NCBI RefSeq assembly: GCF_000007005.1
Contig: NC_002754.1
Length of the DNA: 64,000 bases
Source of the DNA: Saccharolobus solfataricus P2
GTDB lineage: Archaea > Thermoproteota > Thermoprotei_A > Sulfolobales > Sulfolobaceae
Reading direction: 5' to 3' (one strand)
The notes beneath the pieces were generated by a model that saw only the letters and a program-made list of their open reading frames with translations, was not told the origin of the DNA and made no database searches. Positions 10,256 through 20,866 of the stretch are shown in pieces. Both the position numbers and the translations under genes were made by a program. Numbering within the stretch: the stretch's first letter is position 1; every line of letters starts with the position of its first letter.

Positions 10256-10608
10256 TTATAAGCCCTCGCAGTTACCGTACTATTATCTTCTATGCCCAAT
10301 GTAACCAGATCTTGAGGATTAGCCCAGACCTCTAATTCTGGTATCCCCTCTTGCAATATAGCTTTTAATCTTATTCTTTTCCCTTTAACTGATATTTCAA
10401 TATTATCAGTAATCCCTAGATCTTTTGCTAATTTCGATGAAATTATTGCAAACCCCTTATCAACATCGTTTCTTTTTCTGATCTTGATTCTTTTCTCCTT
10501 TGGTGGGGCTTTGTTCCCCTTTAATGCTGAAGCTGGAGGTATAACACTAACAAGGGTTTTTATATCAACCTTTTTCTCCTCTTCCTTTTCATTCTCGTTA
10601 CTACTCAT
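10252..10608 (-). CDS. Stand-alone double-psi beta-barrel protein (Cdc48/VAT N-domain-like)
   Basis: Two pseudo-repeats, [21 protein letters not shown] and [22 protein letters not shown]. Confidence 0.55.
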   Translation of the reverse strand: MSSNENEKEEEKKVDIKTLVSVIPPASALKGNKAPPKEKRIKIRKRNDVDKGFAIISSKLAKDLGITDNIEISVKGKRIRLKAILQEGIPELEVWANPQDLVTLGIEDNSTVTARAYK

Positions 10609-12325
10609 TACTATCATTCACCTCAATTCCAATCTTATTAAAGGCTTCCCCTCTAAATAACTTTTCTAGAGAAATCTTAAGATCATCTATTTTAACTCTA
10701 ACTTGCTTCCAGCTATCCCTATCCCTTATTGTTACGCTGTTATCTACTAGTGTCTGAGGATCAACTGTAATAGCAAAAGGTATACCAATCTCATCAGCTC
10801 TGGCATATCTTCTTCCAATACTTCCAGAATCGTCGTATAACACTTCATATTTTTCGGAAAGACTTTCTCGTATTTCCACTGATTTTCTAATTAGTTCTTC
10901 TCTCTCCAGTAGTGGAAAAACTGCAATGTCATAAGGAGCCAGATGTCTAGGTAAGGATAGTAAAACTCTGCCCTCTTTTTCCTTGTATGCACTTAATATC
11001 GTTAAGAATAATGTCCTTTCCACACCGAATGAAGGCTCTACAACATGTGGTATGAAGTGCTCACCGTGAACCTTCTCTTCTCTCTCAACAATATTTATGA
11101 ACTCACTTAAAGGTTTGTCATCTATCATCACGTTGTTTCTAATCATTTGTTCAATTTCCTCGGCGGATTTCCCATTTAACAGTTCCATGATCTTTTTTCT
11201 TAGTTCCTTATCCTTTAATTTAGTATTGTTAACTATAACAGTCTTCTTTTTAATCATTTTAGGTTCTTTATATTTTCTGAAAATAGTCAAATCTTGTCCA
11301 CTATATTTCATATGTCTTGATAAATCATAATCTCCTCTATATGCATGACCAGAAATCTCAACCTTTATACCATTAATTACAGCTATTTGGTCGAAAGTCT
11401 GTTTAGAATAATGTGCTCTTTCGTAAGGTAACTTTTCCTCAAAATAAAATTCATTAATACCTAACGCCTTGACAAAACTCGATGCTACAGCCATCCAATA
11501 TGCCATCCAAGGCTGGATAATGATTTTTTCTCTTACGCTCTCTTCTAACTTGAACTCTTGTGGTTTACCATCTTTTTCCTTTTCACTTGCAGTCAAAATA
11601 TTGAGCTTAGTATCCTTAAATCTATACAACGGTATATTTTCAATATTATTATCCTCTGGGTCTATGAAAAACTCAATCTCCATTATGGTGAACTCCCTCA
11701 TTCTTATTAGTCCTTGTCTAGGTGAGATTTCATTTCTACCTACTTTCCCTATTTGAGCTATTCCAATAGGTAATCTTTGCCTAGTAGCCTCGTATACGCG
11801 TTTAAATGCAGTGAACATCCCTTGAGCAGTCTCTGGTCTAATGTAACCTAAATTACCAGTATAAGGACCTATGTTAGTGGTAAAAAGTAAATTAAACAAT
11901 CTTACTTCTCCCAACTCGCCCCCACAATATTGGCATCTTATGTTGTTTTCTTTTATTATCCTCGTTAGTTCTTCTGGCTTAAGACCCTCTACGCTTTTCT
12001 TTAATATGTCTTCGATTAAATGGTCAGCCCTATATATTCTTTTGCAATTATTACACTCCACGATAGGATCTGTAAAACTTTCTACATGCCCACTAGCTTC
12101 AAACACTTTAGCTGGTCCTATCATTGGACTTTCTATTTCTACTACAAAATCGCCATTATCCTTCACGAAATATTTTCGCCATAGCTCTACTATTCTATTT
12201 TTAATCCTTACACCTACTGGTCCTATGTCGTAGAATCCCGCAACTCCTCCGTAAATTTCATACGATAACCAAAATATCCCTCTTCTTTTAGCTAAGTCCA
12301 ACACTTTATCTATTACTTCACTCAC
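10601..12325 (-). CDS. glyS: Glycyl-tRNA synthetase (archaeal/eukaryotic type)
   Basis: [31 protein letters not shown] and [13 protein letters not shown] motifs. Confidence 0.98.
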   Translation of the reverse strand: MSEVIDKVLDLAKRRGIFWLSYEIYGGVAGFYDIGPVGVRIKNRIVELWRKYFVKDNGDFVVEIESPMIGPAKVFEASGHVESFTDPIVECNNCKRIYRADHLIEDILKKSVEGLKPEELTRIIKENNIRCQYCGGELGEVRLFNLLFTTNIGPYTGNLGYIRPETAQGMFTAFKRVYEATRQRLPIGIAQIGKVGRNEISPRQGLIRMREFTIMEIEFFIDPEDNNIENIPLYRFKDTKLNILTASEKEKDGKPQEFKLEESVREKIIIQPWMAYWMAVASSFVKALGINEFYFEEKLPYERAHYSKQTFDQIAVINGIKVEISGHAYRGDYDLSRHMKYSGQDLTIFRKYKEPKMIKKKTVIVNNTKLKDKELRKKIMELLNGKSAEEIEQMIRNNVMIDDKPLSEFINIVEREEKVHGEHFIPHVVEPSFGVERTLFLTILSAYKEKEGRVLLSLPRHLAPYDIAVFPLLEREELIRKSVEIRESLSEKYEVLYDDSGSIGRRYARADEIGIPFAITVDPQTLVDNSVTIRDRDSWKQVRVKIDDLKISLEKLFRGEAFNKIGIEVNDSNE

Positions 12326-12377
12326 AACTCTCTAACATTACAACAAGTTTATAAAGTTCTATGACCAAGATTAACGA

Positions 12378-13271
12378 GTGAGCGATGGAAGATTACTTTA
12401 TTTAAATGAGAATAGTAGGAAATTTGCTGGATTTAACAAGGAAAAATCCCCATTTGTAATAATTGGAATACCTATGGACATTACGAGTAGTTATAGGCCT
12501 GGAAGTAGATTTGCTCCGTCTTCAATTAGAGAATCGGCTCAATATATTGAATTTTATTCAATACGAAATGATGTAGATATGGGGGAAATAGGTTTCAATG
12601 ATGTAGGTGATATAATTCTACATCCTTCAAACGTTGAGGAGAATTTAAGTAGAATATCCAGTGTGATTAGTTATTTCCAAGAAAGTGGGAAGATCACTAT
12701 TTCTATAGGAGGAGAGCATACAATAACCGCGGGAATAATAAAGGGGACTAAGAGAGAAGGATTATGCCTAGTTAGCTTCGATGCACATTTAGATTTAAGA
12801 GACGAGTATATGGGATATAGATATGATCACGCTTGTGTTATGAGGAGAATATCTGAATATGGTGTGAAAATTATTGAAGTCGGTACTAGGGCAGTTAGTA
12901 AAGAGGAAATAGAATATGCTAAACAAAAGGGTATACTCTTCTTCACCCCTCAGCAAATTAGACTTTTAGGAGTCAAGGAAACTGCAAGAAGAATAATTAC
13001 CTCAACGCAAGAATGTAAATCGCTCTATATCTCAGTTGATATGGATGGGATAGATCCAGCTTATGCACCCGGCGTAGCAACACCAGAACCAGATGGATTA
13101 GACCCCACTAACCTGTTAGATATTATTAACTTAATTGCAGATAAAAGAGTTATAGGGTTTGATATTGTGGAAGTTTCTCCTTCTTATGACACCTCAGGAA
13201 TAACTAGTGTATTGGCTTCCAGAATAATTCTGGAGACAGCAGCTACAGTTTATAAAGCTAGATCGCTTTAA
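12378..13271 (+). CDS. speB: Agmatinase (agmatine ureohydrolase)
   Basis: GGEHTIT, DAHLD, DMDGIDP and PGVATPEP arginase-family motifs. Confidence 0.92.
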
Positions 13272-13404
13272 CTATTTTTATAGTAGGCTTTCTAACCATA
13301 AATATTATTTTGTAACCGCAGTATGGACATCTTACACCTGGCAATACTTTTAATTGTTCATCTGTAAACGTCTTCCAGCATTTACCACATCTATAGACTG
13401 CCAT
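13258..13404 (-). CDS. rpoP: RNA polymerase subunit Rpo12 (P), 48 aa; absent from ORF track
   Basis: Hand translation: [48 protein letters not shown]. Confidence 0.97.
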
Positions 13405-13499
13405 AGCAACATTTACTTTACGATAACGTTTATAAGCTTATCTGATAAAAAAGGATAGAAAGATTAAAAGGGGAGTGTATATAAAGATAATTTCTGAGA

Positions 13500-13793
<294 letters not shown>

Positions 13794-13804
<11 letters not shown>

Positions 13805-14723
13805 GTATTGATATTTTTAGCTCTTGTGTTAACTCTTTATATCTGTTTCTCACAGTAACTTCCGTGACACCTGCAACTTGAGCTATCTCTTTTTGCGTTC
13901 TTCTTTCATCATGTAGTAATGATGCTATATAAATTGCAGCCGCAGCTAAACCAGCTGGATCTTTACCAGCAGTTAACCCAGAACCTTTCGCCTTATCTAT
14001 AATTTCAGCCGCCGTTTTCATAACAGCTCCGCTTAGACCTAACAAGTTAGCTATTCTAGTTACGTAATCCTTGGGATCACTTACTGGTACACTAACATCT
14101 AGTTCTCTAAGTAATAGTCTATAGCATCTCGCTACTTCCTTTCTATTAGCCTTAGTATATTGGGCTATCTCATCCAAAGTTCTGGCCAACTTCATTCTTC
14201 TACATGCAGCGTATATTGCAGCTGCTACGACGCTTTCTATACTCCTTCCCCTCACTAATCCTTTCTCTACTGCTTTTCTATAGATTAATGCAGCCTCATC
14301 TTTAACTGATTTTGGTAAGTTTAGTAAATTCCCAATTCTTTCTAGTTCATTCATAGCTTGTGCTAAGTTTCTATCTATGGAAGATTGAATTCTCGCTCTA
14401 ATTTGCCACTTTCTCCATCTCAATGCCTCAAGTCTTCTCTTAGGGTCTAAAGTTCTTCCCATAGCATCCTTATCTTTCCAGTCTATAAGAGTGGATAAAC
14501 CCCTATCGTGAATAGTATTGTTTAAAGGCCCTCCAACTCTGCTTCTCTTTTCTTTCTCCTCTGGCGTGAAGGCCCTCCACTCTGGCCCTTGATCTATAAT
14601 TTTATCTTCTAAAACTTCTCCAGTTTCAGAGCAAATGTACTCCCCCCTCTCTGCATCAAAGATAATCTTATCAGGAGGGCAAGGAGTGGATACGGATTTA
14701 TTTTCTTCAGACAAATACAACAC
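13794..14723 (-). CDS. tfb: Transcription initiation factor TFB (main paralog)
   Basis: Zn ribbon (CPPD..CSETG), B-reader PEWRAF, two cyclin repeats ([23 protein letters not shown]). TTG start preceded by GGGGTG. Confidence 0.97.
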
Positions 14724-14882
14724 CCCAATTATATATAGCCACGAATAGTAAACCTTTTAAACTTTTCTGTTTCCTTACTTATAAATCTTTCTCCCATGTT
14801 CCCCATTATTTATCTAAAAATGAGAGAGGTCAGTATAAATTAAGCGTTAAGCTTAAATGATAAGTTAGAATAGTATAGAATT

Positions 14883-14955
14883 AGCCGGGTAGTCTAGTGG
14901 TCAAGGATCCAGGGCTTTGGCCCCTGGGACCAGGGTTCGAATCCCTGCCCGGCTA
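14883..14955 (+). tRNA. tRNA-Gln(UUG), intronless, CCA not fully encoded
   Basis: Acceptor stem AGCCGGG/CCCGGCT (A1-U72), anticodon arm CAGGG-CT TTG GC-CCCTG, T-loop GGTTCGAATCC. Confidence 0.97.
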
Positions 14956-15196
14956 CCTCTCGGCTAATTTAGTTTTGTTCTTCTTTACCTTTTTGAATAT
15001 AAAATTTATATTGATTGAAAGGTCTTTTTACCTATATTAGACTAGTTTAATGTAATTTAGTAATATTACGAAGGTAACAGAAAAACCATAATATACTAGC
15101 TTTTACTAACGAGAGTTAAGATTAACTTAAGTAATGTTGAGAGGTCGTTTACGAGAGGAAAAAAATAAATACCTTGCGTTATCATTATTAAACAGT

Positions 15197-15276
<80 letters not shown>

Positions 15277-15344
15277 ATACTTTTTTATTTGCTGTCGTTA
15301 TTTATTTCTCCAAGACTTAATTTATTAGAAGTTTATAATTCTCG

Positions 15345-15398
15345 TTATGATGAGCCTCGTAGTTAATGAAAGGTGAATGAAGGTCTTGAGTGCTGAAT
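15345..15398 (+). ncRNA. Box C/D guide sRNA; predicted targets tRNA-Val(UAC) U34 and tRNA-Leu(CAA) C34
   Basis: C ATGATGA 15347-53; guide GCCTCGTAGTTA; D' ATGA 15366-69; C' GTGAATGA 15373-80; guide AGGTCTTGAGTG; D CTGA 15393-96. Intergenic. Confidence 0.85.
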
Positions 15399-15451
15399 TT
15401 TAATTGTTAGTAGATAAGTTTAAGTAGTATAAGTTTAGAGGTAATTATGTA

Positions 15452-16036
15452 ATGCTGTTATACGTCGTAATAAAGACTCCTAATTTGCTTCAGTTTCCAG
15501 AATTTATTCCTAAAAAGGTTACAGTTAACATTCTGGATATAAGGGTTGATGGGGAGAAAGGTAAGCTACTTCTCGAGATACGTGGAGACGAAACCAGCGC
15601 TAAGCAAGTTTGTGAAGAACCTATTAAAGTTTCAAAGTATAAATTTATCTGTACAAATTATATTTCAAGTGAGTTACTTAAGATTTTATCGCAATATACT
15701 ATAATGAATGGTGCTTTAACAGATGATGGAATTTTTTGGACTTTAATACTAAACGGTTATACAGAGCTTAGGGAATTACTTAACTCGCTAATAGACATTA
15801 CAAAAGAAGTTAGAGTTTTAAAAGTTGTGAAAGCTGAAAAGAAAGATGCAATAACTGCAAGGCAGGAGCAAATACTAAGGATTGCATTAGAAGCTGGATT
15901 TTTCGACTATCCTAGAAGAATAGGATTAAAAGATCTGGCTAAAAAGTTAAACATCAGTCCATCTAGTCTAAGTGAAATTATAAGAAGAGCTGAAAAGAAC
16001 GTAATTACAGCTTATTTTGAAGAGAGGGAACTATGA
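15452..16036 (+). CDS. Transcription regulator with C-terminal HTH_10 (Bat-type) domain
   Basis: ITARQEQILRIALEAGFFDYPRRIGLKDLAKKLNISPSSLSEIIRRAE. Confidence 0.88.
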   Translation: MLLYVVIKTPNLLQFPEFIPKKVTVNILDIRVDGEKGKLLLEIRGDETSAKQVCEEPIKVSKYKFICTNYISSELLKILSQYTIMNGALTDDGIFWTLILNGYTELRELLNSLIDITKEVRVLKVVKAEKKDAITARQEQILRIALEAGFFDYPRRIGLKDLAKKLNISPSSLSEIIRRAEKNVITAYFEEREL

Positions 16037-17013
16037 AACATGGAGGATACCCTTGGAAAAATGGAAAACCAGCTTTAGACGTTAAAGATTTTAGCGTGAA
16101 TCTTAATCCTATGGGTGTACCTAAGTTCATTGAGGAATTAATTAATGAAGCCGTAAAACTTAAAGTATACGCGTATTATCCTCCTCAAAACCTTAGAGAG
16201 ATAAAAGGTATAATTGCCGAAATTTACGGAGTTAATGAAGATTTAGTAGGAGTTTTCAATGGTGCTTCCGAGGTCATTAGTATACTTGACGAGAACTTCA
16301 CTGTTCCACAGCCTAATTACAGTGAATATAAATTTCATAGCTATTATTTTGCAGAAGAACATGAAGACGAATTTGTTTTCGAGTTAAATCCAGGTAGGAT
16401 ATTAACTAGCAATCCAAATAATCCTACCGGATCTTTAATCAAATTAGACGAAATTGAGGAATTTCTTATAAATGAGAAAAACGAACTTATTCTAGATGAG
16501 TCATTTATTGATATAAGCTTGGCGGAAAGCGCGACTAAGCTAGTCAACGAATTCAACAATTTGACAATTATAAACTCATTTACGAAGAGCCTTGCAATTC
16601 CAGGATTGAGATTTGGTTTTTCAATAGGACATAAAAGTAAGGAACTGGAAAAACGTGTACCAATTTGGCGGATTAACTCTATTACCTATTATGTTATATC
16701 TAATTTAAATCCTAAGGAAGTAAGGTCTTTTTTTGTGAATAGCAAAATTAAGGTGAAGGAAATTTACGATAAAGTAGATGGCGTGAAGAAGCTGTTCAAA
16801 ATGTATAAATCTTACGCGCCGTTTTTTCTAGTAGAATTTAAAATTCCCACGAGCCTGATTAACGATGAACTAATTAGAAGATGTAAATGCTATATAAGGG
16901 ATGCTAGTAACTTTTTAGGGTTGAGGAATACCCATGCCAGAATAGCTTTGAAGAATGAGGTTATAGAATTGATTAATAATATAAATGAAATTATATCTGA
17001 AAAAGAAAGTTAA
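16033..17013 (+). CDS. PLP-dependent class I/II aminotransferase (HisC/CobD-like)
   Basis: DFSVNLNP, NPNNPTG, LDESFIDI and SFTKSLAIPGLRFG motifs. Confidence 0.85.
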   Translation: MKHGGYPWKNGKPALDVKDFSVNLNPMGVPKFIEELINEAVKLKVYAYYPPQNLREIKGIIAEIYGVNEDLVGVFNGASEVISILDENFTVPQPNYSEYKFHSYYFAEEHEDEFVFELNPGRILTSNPNNPTGSLIKLDEIEEFLINEKNELILDESFIDISLAESATKLVNEFNNLTIINSFTKSLAIPGLRFGFSIGHKSKELEKRVPIWRINSITYYVISNLNPKEVRSFFVNSKIKVKEIYDKVDGVKKLFKMYKSYAPFFLVEFKIPTSLINDELIRRCKCYIRDASNFLGLRNTHARIALKNEVIELINNINEIISEKES

Positions 17014-17447
17014 GCCCATACATACTTTAGACTAGTTATAAATCTTACTACAAACCCGGATACAATTCCAATGAAATTTGTTAGGACTAGGGTGAAGGTT
17101 GAAGCAGCGAGTTTACTAAAGAACAATATAAACACCGCATCAGAAATAGAAGAAATATGCAACAAATATACCAATAAAACCAATGCAACAATATACTGGA
17201 CTATATTTCCAAGGTAAGAAGATCCATGGAATTTTAATAAACGATTAAGGTACGAATTATTCCTCTTATCTTTGAATGTCCATATATCATTTAAGACGAA
17301 ATTAAAGATGAGTGAAATCTCGATTGCAATGGCTAGAGAAACCCCAATTGGTATAGTCTTAGAGGCTAAAACGTAAGTGACTTCATTTACAATTGTGCCT
17401 AAACCACCAACTAAAGCAAACTTAGCGAGCCTGATTAGTAATGACAC
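17010..17447 (-). CDS. GtrA-family membrane protein
   Basis: KFALVGGLGTIVN and FNFVLNDIWTFKD motifs. Confidence 0.85.
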   Translation of the reverse strand: MSLLIRLAKFALVGGLGTIVNEVTYVLASKTIPIGVSLAIAIEISLIFNFVLNDIWTFKDKRNNSYLNRLLKFHGSSYLGNIVQYIVALVLLVYLLHISSISDAVFILFFSKLAASTFTLVLTNFIGIVSGFVVRFITSLKYVWA

Positions 17448-17484
17448 AAAAATAGTTATCTGCCCAAACTAATAAATAAATTCC

Positions 17485-18195
17485 CTATGGTTTAACAGTA
17501 TAGTAAACTCTCTTTCTCCCTTTCCCTTTGTTTTCAACTTTAAGTAATACTATTTCTCCTATTTCCTTGGTATTCTTAACGTGAGGTCCACCATCAGCTT
17601 GGATATCTATACCCGGAATCTCAACAATTCGCCATATGGGAATCTGTGGTGGATTTCTTCCAGCTAGTTTCACTATAGCTGGTATCATTAGAGCTTCTTC
17701 CCTAGGTAGAAAATAGATCTTCAACTCTATGTCTTTTTTGATTATTTCGTTAGCTTCATTTATTAACTCAATAAGGGTATCTTTATTTTCAACATTAAAA
17801 TCGTCCTTAGCTTGTTCTGGGCTAATGTGCCCTCCGGTTATCAAAGCTCCGAATTTTCTATAAGCCAATGCAGCGACTATATGCGAAGCGGTATGTAATC
17901 GCATCATTCTATATCTTCTGTCCCAATCTATTGTGCCTATAACTTTTTCATTAACATTAAGGGAACCATTTTGATCTATCTTATGTAAAATCTCTCCGTT
18001 TTCTCCCCTTTTTACCTCAGTAACGCTTATTCTCTCCCCTTTCTCATTGACTAGGAATCCAGTATCGTTATCTAAACCTCCTCCACCTGGATAAAAAGCT
18101 GTCTTATCAAGTATTACGTAGTTACCTTCTATCCTAACTACTCTTCCCTCGAATTCTTTAATGTAAGAATCCTTTAGATAGAGTTCTTCTGTCAT
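17485..18195 (-). CDS. alaX: Alanyl-tRNA editing protein AlaX-M
   Basis: TAFYPGGGG, HTASH and ADGGPH zinc motifs. Confidence 0.93.
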   Translation of the reverse strand: MTEELYLKDSYIKEFEGRVVRIEGNYVILDKTAFYPGGGGLDNDTGFLVNEKGERISVTEVKRGENGEILHKIDQNGSLNVNEKVIGTIDWDRRYRMMRLHTASHIVAALAYRKFGALITGGHISPEQAKDDFNVENKDTLIELINEANEIIKKDIELKIYFLPREEALMIPAIVKLAGRNPPQIPIWRIVEIPGIDIQADGGPHVKNTKEIGEIVLLKVENKGKGRKRVYYTVKP

Positions 18196-18468
18196 TTAGT
18201 TTAACTTGTTACCTTGTAATATAAATATTCCATTCTTGTGCTTGTAAGTTAAGGTTAATGGGTCTATCCTTATTGGTAACGATATCACTTTAATTATTCG
18301 GTTATTTATCGAATCAGTTATATAAATCTTGTTTCCGTCAGTATTTATCTTTACTCTATTATATTCTAGTTCTTTCCACCTAAGATCTAAGTATATTACC
18401 ACGTTATCAGTTGATACGAAGATGTCGTATTCTGGATCTTCATCTTCTTTAATGAACGTGTTTGGCAT
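18196..18468 (-). CDS. Small HSP20/CS-like beta-sandwich protein
   Basis: 90 aa, ending [27 protein letters not shown], which resembles the alpha-crystallin C-terminus. Confidence 0.5.
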   Translation of the reverse strand: MPNTFIKEDEDPEYDIFVSTDNVVIYLDLRWKELEYNRVKINTDGNKIYITDSINNRIIKVISLPIRIDPLTLTYKHKNGIFILQGNKLN

Positions 18469-18556
18469 ATTACTTATTTCCGATTCTAATAATTTAAACT
18501 CTTCACATTATGTGTTTGATCTTATAAGAGTTGATGAGGTAAGATATATATTAGCC

Positions 18557-19183
18557 ATGCTCGGAAAGGATTTTCAGAAAATGTGGGGTTATGAGGAAAA
18601 TAAATTTAAAATAAAGGGCTCTAAAGAGCCCTTAAAATACAAGTTGGTTCAAGCTCACTATAAAATCAGCTCCATGATAAGTAGGCTTGACGCTTACATT
18701 TCCAGAATGCAAGAAAGAGATAAAATATTATTTGAAAGAGTCGTAGAAGCACAAATGTCTAAGGATACACAAAGAGCAGCAATGTATGCTAATGAGGTAG
18801 CTGAAATTAGAAAGATTTCCAGACAATTATTAACAACTCAAATTGCCTTAGAGCAAGTACAACTTAGATTAGAGACAGTAACTGAGTTAGGAGATGTGTT
18901 CGTAAACTTGATCCCAGTATTGGGTGTTATTGGTGAATTGAAGTCTGCCTTAAGAGGTATAATGCCTGAAGTTTCGTTAGAACTGACAGAATTAGGAGAA
19001 GGATTACAAGAAATAGTTACCGAGTCTGGAGAATTCACAGGTATGGGATCTTACGCAGCAGCATCTTCACCAGAGGCAAGGAAGATATTGGAAGAAGCAT
19101 CTGTTGTTGCTGAACAGAGAATGAAGGAGAAGTTCCCAGACCTACCTGTCGGTACCGGATTAGCCTCTAAATCTAATTCCTAA
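18557..19183 (+). CDS. cdvB1: ESCRT-III paralog (Snf7 family), probably CdvB1
   Basis: Start refined to [38 protein letters not shown] and [22 protein letters not shown] motifs. No long C-terminal extension. Confidence 0.85.
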   Translation: MLGKDFQKMWGYEENKFKIKGSKEPLKYKLVQAHYKISSMISRLDAYISRMQERDKILFERVVEAQMSKDTQRAAMYANEVAEIRKISRQLLTTQIALEQVQLRLETVTELGDVFVNLIPVLGVIGELKSALRGIMPEVSLELTELGEGLQEIVTESGEFTGMGSYAAASSPEARKILEEASVVAEQRMKEKFPDLPVGTGLASKSNS

Positions 19184-19247
19184 CCCTTGTAACCGCATAT
19201 TTCACTTAATTTTAACCTTTTATATTTTCATGTATTTTCTTACTACA

Positions 19248-20390
19248 ATGCCAGATGAATTTACTGTAACTCCTTGGGAAGTTAAGGGTAAAGTTGATTA
19301 TGATAAACTAATTGTTCAATTTGGTACTCAGAAAATTACAGAAGAGCTGAAACAAAGAATTAAGAACTTAGCTGGGGATTTGCATGTCATGCTCAGGAGA
19401 AACGTATTTTTTTCTCATAGGGATTTAGATTTAGTTTTAAATGACTATGAGAAAAGTAAAGGATTCTTCCTATATACTGGAAGAGCGCCTTCCTTAGGTA
19501 TGCATATAGGACATCTGATACCATTCATATTTACCAAATGGCTACAAGAGAAATTTAATGCTAATTTATACATTGAGATAACTGACGACGAGAAGTACAT
19601 GAGAAATCCAGAATTTACATTAGATCAAACTAGGAGTTGGGCTTACGATAATATTTTAGATATAATCGCTGTTGGCTTTAATCCCGATAAAACGTTCATC
19701 TTCCAAGATACAGAGTACATAAGGAATATGTATCCTATAACAGTGAAAATAGCAAAGAAGCTGACGTTTTCAGAAGTAAGAGCTACTTTTGGATTAGACG
19801 CATCCTCAAATATAGGTCTCATATTTTACCCAGCCCTACAGATAGCTCCTACCATGTTTGAAAAGAAGAGATGTCTAATACCAGCCGGTATAGATCAAGA
19901 TCCCTATTGGAGATTGCAAAGGGATATAGCGGAAAGCCTTGGGTATTATAAGGCTGCGCAGATACATAGTAAATTCCTTCCCCCACTCACGGGTCCAGAG
20001 GGCAAGATGAGTTCTTCAAACCCAGAAACGGCAATATATCTTGTAGATGATCCTAAAACCGTGGAAAGGAAAATCATGAAATACGCATTTTCAGGGGGAC
20101 AACCCACAATAGAGTTACATAGGAAATATGGCGGAAACCCGGAAATAGATGTTCCCTTTCAGTGGTTATATTACTTCTTTGAGGAGGATGATAATAGGAT
20201 TAAGGAGATTGAGGAGGAGTATAGATCAGGCAAGATGTTAACCGGTGAGTTAAAACAGATATTAATAGACAAACTAAATAATTTCTTAGAAGAACACAGA
20301 AGAAGGAGGGAAGAAGCAAAAGAACTTGTACATGTATTTAAATATGATGGTAAATTAGCTAAGCAGATGTGGGAGAAGATTCACGAATAG
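19248..20390 (+). CDS. trpS: Tryptophanyl-tRNA synthetase
   Basis: VTPWEV, HIGH, GIDQDPY and KMSSS motifs. Confidence 0.98.
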   Translation: MPDEFTVTPWEVKGKVDYDKLIVQFGTQKITEELKQRIKNLAGDLHVMLRRNVFFSHRDLDLVLNDYEKSKGFFLYTGRAPSLGMHIGHLIPFIFTKWLQEKFNANLYIEITDDEKYMRNPEFTLDQTRSWAYDNILDIIAVGFNPDKTFIFQDTEYIRNMYPITVKIAKKLTFSEVRATFGLDASSNIGLIFYPALQIAPTMFEKKRCLIPAGIDQDPYWRLQRDIAESLGYYKAAQIHSKFLPPLTGPEGKMSSSNPETAIYLVDDPKTVERKIMKYAFSGGQPTIELHRKYGGNPEIDVPFQWLYYFFEEDDNRIKEIEEEYRSGKMLTGELKQILIDKLNNFLEEHRRRREEAKELVHVFKYDGKLAKQMWEKIHE

Positions 20391-20811
20391 GTCTATATAA
20401 ACCCATTTTCTTTAAGTGATACACCACGAGATTAGTTGAAATATTGAGCTCTTTTGCGATCCTATATATACTATTTCCTTTAATATACTCTTCTCTTATC
20501 TTCTCTATTTCCTTTGCATCCAACTTTCTTCTCTTTTTACCTAGATTGTATTTTTTAAGAATTCTTAATACGGTATTAAAGTTGATATTTAATTCCCTAC
20601 TTATCCTATTTGCACTATAACCTTGTTTACCCATTTCTATGATTTTTTGTATTTTATCGTTAGGCACTTTTCCCCTGAAATTAACCTTAGCCTTAATTAG
20701 CATTCTACGAACCTTGGAATAACTTAACCCTAATTGATTTGCAATCTCTCTAATACTTAATCCTTCTTCATACATTTTCTTAACTTTTTCAATGTTTTCT
20801 TCCTCGCTCAC
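20359..20811 (-). CDS. Protein with three tandem helix-turn-helix repeats
   Basis: GLSIREIANQLGLSYSKVRRML / GYSANRISRELNINFNTVLRIL / GNSIYRIAKELNISTNLVVYHL. Confidence 0.85.
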   Translation of the reverse strand: MSEEENIEKVKKMYEEGLSIREIANQLGLSYSKVRRMLIKAKVNFRGKVPNDKIQKIIEMGKQGYSANRISRELNINFNTVLRILKKYNLGKKRRKLDAKEIEKIREEYIKGNSIYRIAKELNISTNLVVYHLKKMGLYRPIRESSPTSA

Positions 20812-20866
20812 GAGTTATGTGTATACTAAACCAATTATATTAATCTTTTCCCAAAATCTATGTAAG

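Noticed and set aside
14996-15012. AATATAAA-A-TTTATATT palindrome between the tRNAs
   Set aside because: All A/T in an AT-rich spacer; expected by chance.
18329-18556. N-terminal extensions in the ORF track (also AKR 2318, DUF72 20792, rhomboid 25767, radical SAM 40068, TatA 44056)
   Set aside because: They overlap neighbouring genes or promoters; family homology starts at downstream ATGs.
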